A DNA stretch of 64,000 nt from assembly GCA_022703645.1 (NCBI GenBank), contig JAKLDG010000001.1, positions 669,254 to 733,253 on the forward strand, written 5' to 3'. Positions 21,084 to 31,586 of this stretch are shown here, piece by piece. The translations under genes were made by a program, and so were the position numbers. Every line of letters starts with the position of its first letter. The stretch's first letter is position 1. The stretch comes from Patescibacteria group bacterium. Lineage in GTDB: Bacteria > Patescibacteriota > JACPGU01. The notes beneath the pieces were generated by a model. The model saw only the letters and a list, made by a program, of their open reading frames with translations. It was not told the origin of the DNA and did no database searches.

Positions 21084-22220
21084 ATGAATAAAAATGGAAC
21101 ACTTCGCATCGGTATCGACGGAAGAGTACTACAAGATGCACAAAGATCCGGAATACCATCCTATGCTTATCACATAGTTCATGAAATCATAAATAACGAT
21201 TCATTAAACCACTATGTAATTTTTTTTAATTCTTTTAGAAGAATTGATTATACCATTCTAAAATTTAATCAAAAAAACGTTGAAATAAAGATTTACCATT
21301 TTCCAAATAAAATTTTGGAATGGGTCTGGAAGATTTTCCCCTTCCCAAAAATTGATCGTATATTAAACTTAGACGTTTTCTTTTCACCTCACTTTCTGAA
21401 TATACCGCTTTCAAAAAAAGTAAAAAAGATCGTAACCATTCATGACTTATCATTTGAGAAAAATAAGAAATATTTTTCTTTGAAAAAAAATCTTTGGCAT
21501 TGGCAAATGAACCCTCGGCGTGTTTGTAAATATTATGATAAGATAATTGCCGTATCAGAATCAACAAAAAATGATTTAGAGAATATTTACGGAATTAAAA
21601 AAGAAAAAATAAAAGTCATATACAATGGTGCATCATTCGAAAAAGAAATAAATGAACATTTAACCAACGAAGTATTTTTAAAATATGGTGTTCAAAAGGA
21701 TAAATATATATTGTTTATTTCTACTCTGGAACCAAGAAAAAACATTGAAGGTATCATTGACGCATATAGCTTAATCCAAAAAAATTCCGATATGAAATTG
21801 GTAATTGCCGGGAAAAAAGGTTGGGCCTACAAAAAAATATTTAAAAAAATAAATAAGAATGACTTATACTCAAAAATATCATTTACCGGTTTTATAAATG
21901 ACAAAGAAAAACAAATTTTATATAGCAATGCAAAATGTTTTATTTATCCGTCATTTTATGAGGGGTTTGGAATACCTGTGCTGGAGGCAAAGCACCATTT
22001 TCTTCCTACTGTTACTTCATTTACATCATCTTTACCTGAGATTGTTAAGAATTCAGCTATTTTAGTTAATCCTCATAGTATTTATGATATTGCTCAGTCG
22101 ATACAATTCATTAAATCAAATTTGCAACTTAGTTTTATTTTAAAAAAGAAAATGGCATTGATTGCAAAAAATGAATGGGATCATTCTGGCAAAGAGACAT
22201 TAAATTATATTCTGAATTAA
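21084..22220 (+). CDS. glycosyltransferase family 4
   Basis: FISTLEPRKNIEGII...YPSFYEGFGIPVLEA. Confidence 0.8.
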   Translation: MNKNGTLRIGIDGRVLQDAQRSGIPSYAYHIVHEIINNDSLNHYVIFFNSFRRIDYTILKFNQKNVEIKIYHFPNKILEWVWKIFPFPKIDRILNLDVFFSPHFLNIPLSKKVKKIVTIHDLSFEKNKKYFSLKKNLWHWQMNPRRVCKYYDKIIAVSESTKNDLENIYGIKKEKIKVIYNGASFEKEINEHLTNEVFLKYGVQKDKYILFISTLEPRKNIEGIIDAYSLIQKNSDMKLVIAGKKGWAYKKIFKKINKNDLYSKISFTGFINDKEKQILYSNAKCFIYPSFYEGFGIPVLEAKHHFLPTVTSFTSSLPEIVKNSAILVNPHSIYDIAQSIQFIKSNLQLSFILKKKMALIAKNEWDHSGKETLNYILN

Positions 22221-22271
22221 TTATAAAAATCGTCTACAACTTTTATTACAAACAGAGTATAATTTCTAATA

Positions 22272-24374
22272 ATGCTAAAGGAAAGTGAAAACAACAATTT
22301 TTATTTAAACAATAACCATGATATAAAAAATAAAATAATTGATGGAATTTTTTTGAATACGCCGAAAAAAATTTATACGCCTGACTATAATATCGATCTT
22401 AAAGAATTAACTAATAGTAAGCCTGATATACTTTCAAAAAAATTCTATGATATTGATAAGTTAGAAGATATCGATGGTATAGCAAAAACAAAAAACTACA
22501 GTAAAGCAGCAAAAATCATTATTAGCCTTATAATGATTTTCCTTTTTTCGATTGTACCGATAAAAATTATAAATACTACATCCAACCTCAAAGCACAGAC
22601 TCAGAGAACTATTAATGATTTAGAAATGGTATATCCGCTTATTCAAAGTGGTGATTACGATCAAACAAAAGAAAGGTTATTGATTATTCAGAAAAACATT
22701 GAAGTAATTAAAAAAAGCCTATCTGATCTTGGACAAGATAATTTATTTCTTGATGAATTTTCGCAATTTCAAGATGACACTGCAAACAACTCAAACTTAC
22801 TAGATATTGTTTACTCAATGTCGAAAATCGGAAACGTACTAATAACAGACCTGGAGTTTTCAAAGAATTTAAATTTTTCTGATATCAATACTAGTTCAAC
22901 TAACAGTGATGTATTCGCAAGAATGAAAAAATTAAATTCTGATTTAGAAAAGCTTGAACCCGAAATTTTATCAATTAAGAATAAGGTCAATAATCTCGAT
23001 GAATCAAAATTTGATCTAAATAATCAAAAATACATTCTAACTCTCAAGGAAAACGCGGACAAGATATTAAATTATTATAACTCCGGATTGATTGCTAGCA
23101 AAAATGCTAACTCCCTTCTCGGTGAGGATTATGATAGAAAATATCTTATACTTTTTCAAAATAATACGGAACTACGCCCAACTGGTGGGTTTATCGGAAC
23201 TTACGGAATTATTACAGTTCGGGATGCTAAGATAAAAAAAATATATATTGATAGCATTTACAATGCTGATGGGCAACAAACAAAAAATTTCACGCCTCCT
23301 GAACCTTTATCAAAAATGGATCCGGGACATTACATGCGGAACGCAAACTGGGATCCTGATTTTCTAACTTCTGCTAGCGATATTATAAATATGTACGAAA
23401 CTGAGGGCGGCTTTACACCTGACGGCGTTATTGCAATAGATACTAAACCTTTTTTGGACTTACTTGCAATAACAGGACCGATTAAAATATCTAAATATAA
23501 TACATTGATAGATAAAGATAATTTTCTAGCAGTTACTCAATACAAAACTAGCATTGACTACAACCCTCAAGATGGTAATCCGAAAAAATTTTTGGGAGAA
23601 TTTGCTCCCCTTTTCTTAGATAAGATTTTTTCAATCGAAAAAAATAACAAGGGCAAGATTACAAAAATATTATTAGATAATATCAAAGAAAAGCATATTC
23701 AGTTTTATTCCCCAAATACAGATATACAAAGTATTTTTTCTAGTATAGACATTGATGGAGCAATAAAAAATTCTGACAGCGACTATTTTGCCTATATTAA
23801 TGCAAACATCGGTGGCCAAAAAACGAATGGACTAATCGAGGAAGTAATAAATCATCAGGTAAATATCAGTAATGATGGAAAAATAACTCATAAGGTAACA
23901 TTAACCAGAAAACATAATGGCACTTATGACTGGCCAAGCGGAATAAATTATAGCTATGTGCGCTTCTATCTTCCTCAAGGTTCGAAGGTTATTGATATAA
24001 AAAACTTCGAAAAAAATGATTCTATTAAACGGGATGGTAAAACGGGCATGATCTATCTGGAAGAAAGGTCAAGCGAATATCTCGGTAAGGCAGAAATTAA
24101 GGATTTAGACATTTCTATTGAACACGGAAAAACAGTGGTTGGTGCTTGGCAAAGAATAAAACCCGGAGAAGAAGTGGTTTCAGAGATTTTTTATGAATTA
24201 CCAAGGTTGCCAGGAATGAAAAAACCGTCCCAAGATTATTCTATTCTTATCCAAAAACAGGCCGGGATAATAAAACAGCAAACCTCAATAGAAATAAAAG
24301 ATAATGGGAAAACGATATTCTCTAAAAACTTTAATCTTATAAAAGACACCACGATCAATTTGAACTCAAAATAA
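22272..24374 (+). CDS. large membrane-anchored extracytoplasmic protein, possibly DUF4012 family
   Basis: Single TM near residue 80; conserved block YLILFQNNTELRPTGGFIGTYGII recalled as DUF4012-like; located in a polysaccharide locus. Confidence 0.4.
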   Translation: MLKESENNNFYLNNNHDIKNKIIDGIFLNTPKKIYTPDYNIDLKELTNSKPDILSKKFYDIDKLEDIDGIAKTKNYSKAAKIIISLIMIFLFSIVPIKIINTTSNLKAQTQRTINDLEMVYPLIQSGDYDQTKERLLIIQKNIEVIKKSLSDLGQDNLFLDEFSQFQDDTANNSNLLDIVYSMSKIGNVLITDLEFSKNLNFSDINTSSTNSDVFARMKKLNSDLEKLEPEILSIKNKVNNLDESKFDLNNQKYILTLKENADKILNYYNSGLIASKNANSLLGEDYDRKYLILFQNNTELRPTGGFIGTYGIITVRDAKIKKIYIDSIYNADGQQTKNFTPPEPLSKMDPGHYMRNANWDPDFLTSASDIINMYETEGGFTPDGVIAIDTKPFLDLLAITGPIKISKYNTLIDKDNFLAVTQYKTSIDYNPQDGNPKKFLGEFAPLFLDKIFSIEKNNKGKITKILLDNIKEKHIQFYSPNTDIQSIFSSIDIDGAIKNSDSDYFAYINANIGGQKTNGLIEEVINHQVNISNDGKITHKVTLTRKHNGTYDWPSGINYSYVRFYLPQGSKVIDIKNFEKNDSIKRDGKTGMIYLEERSSEYLGKAEIKDLDISIEHGKTVVGAWQRIKPGEEVVSEIFYELPRLPGMKKPSQDYSILIQKQAGIIKQQTSIEIKDNGKTIFSKNFNLIKDTTINLNSK

Positions 24375-24496
24375 ACTACCCGAAATTATGTAGAAAGCAT
24401 CAAAAAAACTACGAAAATTGTTTTTTTGTAATTTTTATTTATTGGCTTAATTAAGCAAATTTATTAATTTTACAGGTTAATAATATGTAAATAACC

Positions 24497-24525
24497 TTGA
24501 CAATTATCTGTTTCTATGATACAAT
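24497..24525 (+). promoter_or_regulatory. canonical sigma70 promoter upstream of the 24537 ORF
   Basis: TTGACA - 17 bp - TACAAT, 11 nt upstream of the ATG. Confidence 0.45.
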
Positions 24526-24536
24526 GATATAATTTT

Positions 24537-24938
24537 ATGAAATCAAGTAACAACCAAACAACTAAATATCAAGCCTTAAGAGAACACAAGAATAACATGT
24601 CTGAGCTTATTTTCCAAAGGATAATTAGACTCTTATCTTCTGGTGAATTTGAGATAGCTATTTCAAATAGAACTGGAAAAGAAGCTGGGTATATTGATTA
24701 TGAAAATGACATTATATATATTAACCCAAGAATTTTTCCTGCTGAAGAAACGTTGATTCATGAAGCATTACACATCCTTAAACCTGATCTTGATGAAAAC
24801 ACTATCATTGAAATAAGTTCTCTTCTTTATGAAAAACTCAATAACTCAAAACGTGATAGATTAGTAGCATATATCAAAGCACTCGCAACGAAATATACTG
24901 GTTTTACGCAAAAAGATCTTCGTCCAACTTATGTGTAA
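24537..24938 (+). CDS. small hypothetical protein with HExxH motif (IHEALH), possible minimal metallopeptidase-like fold
   Basis: ORF with strong upstream promoter and downstream terminator; single HEALH motif; no other recognisable domain. Confidence 0.4.
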   Translation: MKSSNNQTTKYQALREHKNNMSELIFQRIIRLLSSGEFEIAISNRTGKEAGYIDYENDIIYINPRIFPAEETLIHEALHILKPDLDENTIIEISSLLYEKLNNSKRDRLVAYIKALATKYTGFTQKDLRPTYV

Positions 24939-24963
24939 ATTAATAAGAAAAATATAAAACAAA

Positions 24964-25001
24964 AATAGCGAACCTGTAAAAACGGTTCGCTATTTATTTT
25001 T
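24964..25001 (+). terminator. intrinsic terminator
   Basis: aatagcgaacc-tgtaaaaac-ggttcgctatt followed by tattttt. Confidence 0.55.
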
Positions 25002-25728
25002 ACCAAATTTAAAAGGCGTCTGAGCTATAGTAGCTATGTTTTGCTTAAAAGGAGTATAAAAAGCAAAATCGACGCCTTTTTTGAGGATTGGCGCCGAGGT
25101 ATATAACTTCAAAAGAAGATAAAGTGACTATTGGCGCCACAAGGAGAAAGAACTGTCATATTGCCATGCTTTATTTACCTTCTTATATAACTAACACTAA
25201 GACCTTTACAAGAAGGGTGTCGCGCAGATAACCCTTTCACAGGTATCAATTGCGCATTTATAACCTTTGAGAACAAAGGTTTGATGTAATTCGACTTTCA
25301 TCGAATTGTTCTACTTATATTACAGACCGAAGATGTACCTTCAGTCTAATTGTCTAATTCAAGGTACGATTGCCCTCCTTATAAATCTTAATGATAGATT
25401 TAAAAGGTATTGGACTTTAAAAAATCCTAAAGCATAACATGACATCCCCATCAAAAACGAATTCTTGATAGGAAGAAATATCAATAAATCGGAGAACTTA
25501 CAGGCATTTCTTCCTATCAAATCTTCTGTTCCTTTTTTAAGGTCCTTTTTCTTCTTCTTTTATGTTTTGTACATTACATATTACTATTTTTTTTCTTATT
25601 TGTCAATAATTTTCTTGACTAATTACCATCCTTTTTCAGGTTCAAATGCAAAATTTCTAAAATAACAAATCATTCCCGCATCTTATTGCTAATAAACCAG
25701 AACATTTATCCACAGATTATCCACAATA

Positions 25729-26370
25729 TTAAATTTCTTTCTTTACTGCCTTTCTTTTCGTTCGAGATTCAATAAATATAATTGAAAGAGTAATAAAAAA
25801 GGCTAAAGCGAAGATAATAAATACTATTACGAGAATAATCCTGATTATTAGATGGATTTTATCAATAATTGAATCAAAAAGGTTCTTCCCTAATTGAGTA
25901 TCAGCAATAAACAATAAAAACAATATTAGAAAAATAAAATAGACAAGCCCGCGATAGATACTTTTCTTATTAGAATAAAATAGAAAATATGGCTTCCAAA
26001 AACGATATTTTAAAGACTGATATTTTTTCCCATCAATAACGCCAAATAAAAGATCTTCTATTCCCTGCTTATAAGTCTCAATTATTTCTCCTCCGGTATA
26101 TGGATCTTCGAGATCAAAACCTAATTCATTCCTGAACTTTAATACTTTATCACGCGCTTTAAGAAATGAATCGGGATTTTTCATCTCCTTAACTGCTAGA
26201 AATATCTTATCTTCTAATGAAACAACTTTATAACCTTTTTTTCTTACTGTATCGATAAAAACCTTATCAGCTTCTAATACCGCAAGTTTCGTGCCATCAG
26301 CAGTTTCTTTTTTTAAATAATCATCAACGATCTTCCAATTAGCGCCTAATAATTTGCTTTTTTCTATCAT
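25729..26370 (-). CDS. hypothetical membrane protein (soluble N-domain + 2 C-terminal TM helices)
   Basis: ORF immediately downstream of dnaB on the same strand; no recognised motif. Confidence 0.45.
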   Translation of the reverse strand: MIEKSKLLGANWKIVDDYLKKETADGTKLAVLEADKVFIDTVRKKGYKVVSLEDKIFLAVKEMKNPDSFLKARDKVLKFRNELGFDLEDPYTGGEIIETYKQGIEDLLFGVIDGKKYQSLKYRFWKPYFLFYSNKKSIYRGLVYFIFLILFLLFIADTQLGKNLFDSIIDKIHLIIRIILVIVFIIFALAFFITLSIIFIESRTKRKAVKKEI

Positions 26371-26385
26371 GTTTACCTTTTATTT

Positions 26386-27732
26386 TTATGTGTGTTTTTT
26401 ATCTAGATTTGCAAATCTCATTTGATCACTCACAAAGTAAAGCGAAACTTCACCGGTAGGACCATTACGATGTTTTCTAATTAAAATATCAGCAATATTT
26501 TTTCTATTTGTATCGCGATCATAATAGTCTTCTCTAAATACGAACATTACAACGTCTGCATCCTGTTCTATAGAACCTGATTCACGAAGATCTGAAAGTA
26601 TCGGCCTTTTATCTGGTCTTGCCTCAAGTGCACGATTCAACTGTGATAAAGCTATGACTGGAACATTCAGCTCACGAGCAAGACCTTTGAGTGATCGGGA
26701 AATTTCCGAAATCTCCTGAACTCTATTTTCAGATCCTCCACCCATTAATTGCAGATAATCGACAATAATCATATCCAAACCCTGCTCCGCTTTCAATCTT
26801 CTTGCCTTCGCCCTCATCTCCATGACAGTCAAACCGGGAGTGTCGTCAATATATATTTTCGCCTCGTTGAGCTGCGACATTGCTTCACCAATTCTTGGAA
26901 AATCTTCTTCAGCCAGATTGCCAGTTCGCAGTTTCCATGCATCCACGCGGGCAGTAGAAGAAATAAGTCTATCAACTAATTGATCCTTGCTCATTTCCAA
27001 AGAGAATATTCCAACGCTTGCCTTGTTTTTAATTGATGAATTCAATGCCATATTTAGAGCTAAACTCGTTTTTCCCATAGAAGGACGTGCAGCCAATATA
27101 ACTAAATCGCTTTTTTGTAAACCACCAAGGATATCGTCAAGATCATCAAATCCAGTCGGTACACCTCGTAACTGACCTTTGTTCTTATGAATATCATCAA
27201 TTCTTTCAAATGTTTCGGAAAGCATTGACTGTAAAGAAATAAAATTTTTCCTCAAGCTTTTCTGTGAAATTCCAAAAAGCAACTGTTCTGCATTGTCCAA
27301 AACTATATCTATTTTTTCATCTTCATTGTAACCCAAAGCAGATATTTCACTTGCAGTTACAATTAAGTCTCTCAATATCTTCTTCTCTCTTACAATTGAA
27401 GCGTATTGAACGATATGTGAAGCTGTCGGAACACTGTTTACTATTCGTGATAAATATGTCACTCCACCGATACTATCGAGCTGCCCTCTTCTTTCTAAAA
27501 TTTCCGTAACAGTCACGAGATCAATTGGACTTTTTTCATTGAATAAAGTAAGTATAGCATCATAAATCTCTTTGTTTGCAATACTGTAAAAATCTTCCGG
27601 AGAAACAACATCAATAATTTTGTAGAGGCCTTCATTATTAATAAAAATAGAACCAAGAACAGCTTCCTCAGCATCTGTATTATGTGGAAGAATTTTGTCA
27701 AGAGACGATCTTGACTCTTTTTTTGCTGTCAT
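26386..27732 (-). CDS. dnaB: replicative DNA helicase
   Basis: DnaB N-domain and RecA-like core with Walker A ARPSMGKTSLALN. Confidence 0.9.
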   Translation of the reverse strand: MTAKKESRSSLDKILPHNTDAEEAVLGSIFINNEGLYKIIDVVSPEDFYSIANKEIYDAILTLFNEKSPIDLVTVTEILERRGQLDSIGGVTYLSRIVNSVPTASHIVQYASIVREKKILRDLIVTASEISALGYNEDEKIDIVLDNAEQLLFGISQKSLRKNFISLQSMLSETFERIDDIHKNKGQLRGVPTGFDDLDDILGGLQKSDLVILAARPSMGKTSLALNMALNSSIKNKASVGIFSLEMSKDQLVDRLISSTARVDAWKLRTGNLAEEDFPRIGEAMSQLNEAKIYIDDTPGLTVMEMRAKARRLKAEQGLDMIIVDYLQLMGGGSENRVQEISEISRSLKGLARELNVPVIALSQLNRALEARPDKRPILSDLRESGSIEQDADVVMFVFREDYYDRDTNRKNIADILIRKHRNGPTGEVSLYFVSDQMRFANLDKKHT

Positions 27733-27748
27733 CTTTCACCCCTTTTCT

Positions 27749-29260
27749 TTACTCTATAATCTCCCCTCCAAAGACTGACAGAGCTTCACTAATAAGATCT
27801 TGTTTTGTTTCTGTTTTTTTATCGGATCTAATTATCGCAATTTTTTTATCAACTCCAAATGTTTCTTGGGCAATTTTGTTTAAAATTTCACTGTTTCCTC
27901 TCTCTGAAATTCTATCGAAATAAAATGGGTTGCAAACTAAAAGTCTAATTGTTGAACCATCCTCCTCCATACTGCAGCCTTGCAAAGCCATATACAAAAT
28001 CATTTTTGTTTTTTTTACATTATCCAAAAATAATTTCCAAGCGCTGTTTTCGGATTTAATATTTTGAGAAATATCTTTTTCAGCAACAAAGTCTTCTACA
28101 TCTATTAATTCTTCCTCGACAATAGATTGAACTCGTTTTATTTCACTTCTGTCTTCCCTGACTTCATTTTCTTTTTGCGTGTTCACAGATTCGCCACCTT
28201 TTAAAAATCTGACCATTTCTAGTTCAAGAGGAAGTTGCGGAATAAAAGAAAATTTTCCCCCCTTTAAGACTCTGTTCATTGATTCGATTAATTCTAATAC
28301 AAATGAAAATGAAACTTCTGCTGCAATATCTGAAACTTTTTTCTCATCAATAAAAACATTGAATCCATTTTTGTCAATTTTTGCAATTAGAATGTTGCGT
28401 AAAAATTTTATAAAATCTTTTACAAAGTTTTCTATATCTCTTCCTTCCTCCTCAATCATATTAATAAACTCTATAATACTTTGGATATTACCTGATTTAA
28501 TTAGATCGAGAATTTTAATCATATTCTCTTCTCGTGAGTAACCTAAAATATTTTCAATCAAATCAATTGTAATCTCGCCACCAGAAGAGAAAGAACTAAC
28601 CTGGTCAAGATATGAAAGCGCATCTCTCACGGATCCTTCGGAAATAGCAACAATTTTTTTCAAACTTTTTTCATCAATTTTTATTCCTTCTTTTTCCGCA
28701 ATTTTCTTTATTCCTTCAATTAATTTCCCATTTTCTATCTTATGAAAATCTAATCTTTGACAACGAGAAAGAATAGTTGCTGGAATTTTGTGAATTTCCG
28801 TAGTAGCAAGAATAAATACAGCGTGAGCCGGCGGCTCTTCAAGAGTTTTGAGCAGTGCATTAAAAGCCGGCTCAGTTAACATGTGGGCCTCGTCAATAAT
28901 ATAAACCTTGTACTTACCCATATTTGGGGAAAATTTTACCTTTTCTCTTAAATCCCGGATATCATCAATACCGCGGTTACTTGCAGCATCTATCTCAATC
29001 AAATCAAGGAAACTTCCACCATTTACTTCCTGACAAATCTTGCATTTATCACAAGGTTCTCCGTTTTGGGCATCAAGACAATTAATGGATTTCGCAAAAA
29101 TTCGAGCTATTGTAGTTTTACCAGTCCCTCTGATACCAGCAAATATATAAGCATGCCCAATCTGATTGGACGTAACCGCACCAAGAACTGTCTTAACAAC
29201 ATACTCCTGGCCAATGATTTCACTAAATTTTTGCGGTCTGTATTTCCTATATAGGCTCAT
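27749..29260 (-). CDS. dnaX: DNA polymerase III subunit gamma/tau
   Basis: MSLYRKYRPQKFSEIIGQ...GIRGTGKTTIARIFAKSINC zinc module... Confidence 0.9.
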   Translation of the reverse strand: MSLYRKYRPQKFSEIIGQEYVVKTVLGAVTSNQIGHAYIFAGIRGTGKTTIARIFAKSINCLDAQNGEPCDKCKICQEVNGGSFLDLIEIDAASNRGIDDIRDLREKVKFSPNMGKYKVYIIDEAHMLTEPAFNALLKTLEEPPAHAVFILATTEIHKIPATILSRCQRLDFHKIENGKLIEGIKKIAEKEGIKIDEKSLKKIVAISEGSVRDALSYLDQVSSFSSGGEITIDLIENILGYSREENMIKILDLIKSGNIQSIIEFINMIEEEGRDIENFVKDFIKFLRNILIAKIDKNGFNVFIDEKKVSDIAAEVSFSFVLELIESMNRVLKGGKFSFIPQLPLELEMVRFLKGGESVNTQKENEVREDRSEIKRVQSIVEEELIDVEDFVAEKDISQNIKSENSAWKLFLDNVKKTKMILYMALQGCSMEEDGSTIRLLVCNPFYFDRISERGNSEILNKIAQETFGVDKKIAIIRSDKKTETKQDLISEALSVFGGEIIE

Positions 29261-29306
29261 TTTATGAAATTTATATCATAGCTTAATCATTATATTCCAA
29301 CTTGGC

Positions 29307-31406
29307 TCAAGAATCTACTCTAATTTTCCAATATATTCCTATATCTCTCATCCAACCGACTCCTTCAACGACCGGCCTAAAATATTCCTTAAATACGCCA
29401 TTTTTATCATTTGCGGATAAATTTACCGTAAATGTACCAATCTCCCCAGGTTTAACTAAACTCTGATCAAGCAATATTCGGTTCGGATAACCCCAATTAT
29501 TAGAAAGTTCGCTCACTCGGTCTTTATTTCTCGAGGTCCCGAGATTAAAACTACCTTTTTCCCAATTTCTTGAACCAGTATTTTTAAGTTTTAAGACAAG
29601 TTGTGTTTTTTCTCCATTTTTTAAAACAGGATTTGTAGATTGGCCAATATAGGTATAGCTATATCCAAATTGATCGCCTGTTTTATCTTCTTGATCTATA
29701 TTACTAACCTCTATATCCCAATATACTCCTTTATCCTCCATCCAAGCAAACCCTTCAATTAATGGACAAAAATATTCTCGATAAGTGCCATCCATTAACC
29801 CATTGCTCTTTACCCTAAAACGAAATGTTGCTGTTTCGCCATTTTTTACAGTTAGTTCCTCCATTCTCGCAGGCCTACTAATTGCAAGCCAATTGCCATC
29901 AACAAAAAAACCAGATCCTCTATCTATATTTCTACATGTACCCAAAACTACCTGATCATTATTCCATACCATATCACCAGTATTTTTAATTTTCAACCAT
30001 ACTTGCCTTTCCTCTTCGCTTTTCAGGCTAATATGCGGTGACTGGGCTATGTATTCATAGGAATTTTTTTGGCTAAAACTAATACTACTTTCAATGCTCG
30101 TCTTATTACCGCTAATAATAAAAATAGGAAAATCGCTTATGGTTAGATTCTTCACTCCATGATCATTTTGAATATTCAACTCTTTACCAATATAGTCAAA
30201 TATTTTAATGTTATTATTTGGATCGTCTATTACCATCTGGCTGTTGCCATTAATTTTCCAAACAGCTCTTATATTCTCCTCATTTTTTGAAAAAGAATAA
30301 TCGAATATACCACCTTCACCGTTCCTATTAATTTTTCCAAACTGGCTATACTGAAGAATTTTTACTAGATTTTGAAAAGCATAAAAAGATTTTTTTGGAG
30401 AATAATCTCTTTTTATAATACCAAAATTGTGCTCCCGATAGTTTTTATCATTCCCATCATCTCTCAAATCATACCAAAATATTTTTTTGATATCTGGAAA
30501 TGCAAAGCTCATTAAATAAGTACGCACTAGATAACTTGCTTGAATGTCTTCGCTCACACCCTCAGTAGAATCTGTCGGCCAGCCAAGTTCAGTAAACCAG
30601 ATAGGTTTATTGTTAAATTCTTCCGCGATTTTCTCTGCTTTTATAATATCTTGAATCAACCCGCTTTCAGGAGGAGATTTGAAATCGAGTCTATATGGAT
30701 GAACAGCTAAGATATCGATATAATTATACCCACCCAAATCTCTTAGCGCTTTTAGATACCCGACATCAACGCCTGATGTACCGCCCAAGACCACATTTGC
30801 GCTTGAATCTTTTGACTTTATCACCTCATAAGCATTTTTGAGTAAAGAATAATAATCAGAAACACCTTGATCCGTTTTTAAAAAAATTGAAATATTTTCT
30901 TCATTCCATATCTGCCAATATTTAATTTTTCCTCCATAACGGTCAACTATTTTGCCAACATAATTTCTCCAGTCATCTATATTGGACATGTATTTGTCCG
31001 CATCTGCCCTTTTTGGGTCAGAAGTTGCCCAAGGAGCGCTATAATCTAGAATCGCTAAAACATTGATATTTGATTCTGATATTTTACTATATGCTCTATC
31101 ATAAAAGGCCCAGTCGTAAACTCCTTTACTCGGTTCTATTTGAGACCAAACAAATTCTTCCCGAGCCCAGCCAACATTGAGATTTTTTAAAGATTGTATT
31201 GGCTTATCCCATTCTTCCCAGTTATAACGATTTAATATGAAAGCGTTTACTGCAAAACGCGAATCTGGTTCTTGCATAGCCGCGCTGGATGGATTCAGTA
31301 ATAAAAAAGTAGCCATCGATAAAGACCCAATAGAAAACAAACACAGAACTAAAACTAATTTTTTTAGTCTTTTCGAACTATTTTTCATATCTCCATCCCA
31401 ATCCAA
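29307..31406 (-). CDS. secreted clan GH-A (GH5-like TIM-barrel) glycoside hydrolase with two C-terminal ~110-aa beta-sandwich repeats
   Basis: Signal/TM N-terminus; acid/base-like WQIWNEEN and nucleophile-like IWFTELGW motifs; two C-terminal repeats homologous to each other and to the L,D-transpeptidase N-domain. Confidence 0.6.
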   Translation of the reverse strand: MDWDGDMKNSSKRLKKLVLVLCLFSIGSLSMATFLLLNPSSAAMQEPDSRFAVNAFILNRYNWEEWDKPIQSLKNLNVGWAREEFVWSQIEPSKGVYDWAFYDRAYSKISESNINVLAILDYSAPWATSDPKRADADKYMSNIDDWRNYVGKIVDRYGGKIKYWQIWNEENISIFLKTDQGVSDYYSLLKNAYEVIKSKDSSANVVLGGTSGVDVGYLKALRDLGGYNYIDILAVHPYRLDFKSPPESGLIQDIIKAEKIAEEFNNKPIWFTELGWPTDSTEGVSEDIQASYLVRTYLMSFAFPDIKKIFWYDLRDDGNDKNYREHNFGIIKRDYSPKKSFYAFQNLVKILQYSQFGKINRNGEGGIFDYSFSKNEENIRAVWKINGNSQMVIDDPNNNIKIFDYIGKELNIQNDHGVKNLTISDFPIFIISGNKTSIESSISFSQKNSYEYIAQSPHISLKSEEERQVWLKIKNTGDMVWNNDQVVLGTCRNIDRGSGFFVDGNWLAISRPARMEELTVKNGETATFRFRVKSNGLMDGTYREYFCPLIEGFAWMEDKGVYWDIEVSNIDQEDKTGDQFGYSYTYIGQSTNPVLKNGEKTQLVLKLKNTGSRNWEKGSFNLGTSRNKDRVSELSNNWGYPNRILLDQSLVKPGEIGTFTVNLSANDKNGVFKEYFRPVVEGVGWMRDIGIYWKIRVDS

Positions 31407-31509
31407 AAACCTACTATATATAGTAGTATTCTCTCATAAATAGATCGATTAAATCAATATTGAAAAATAGCAAAATCGGGTTCAAATATAGATTAACGAA
31501 GGCATTTAA

Positions 31510-31581
31510 CAGCCCCAATGGGAGTCGAACCCATGTTACCAGATTGAGAATCTGGCGTCCTAACCACTAGACGATGAGGCC
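31510..31581 (-). tRNA. tRNA-Glu (anticodon CUC)
   Basis: Reverse complement folds as acceptor GGCCUCA/UGGGGCU (two G-U), D-arm UCGUCUAGUGGUUAGGAC, anticodon loop UUCUCAA, T-arm AUGGG-UUCGACU-CCCAU. Confidence 0.8.
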
Positions 31582-31586
31582 AAAGC

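Noticed and set aside
25465-25665. 66-aa ORF in the long intergenic region
   Set aside because: Low-complexity F/Y-rich translation of T-rich DNA with no RBS; the region is better interpreted as non-coding.
24940-25728. tmRNA, SRP RNA or 6S RNA in the long intergenic region
   Set aside because: Searched by eye for tmRNA tag/T-arm (GGTTCGAxTCC after a ...ALAA* tag frame) and the SRP domain IV motif (AGGUCCGGAAGGAAGCAGC). Neither is present, so the region is left as an unassigned structured non-coding stretch.
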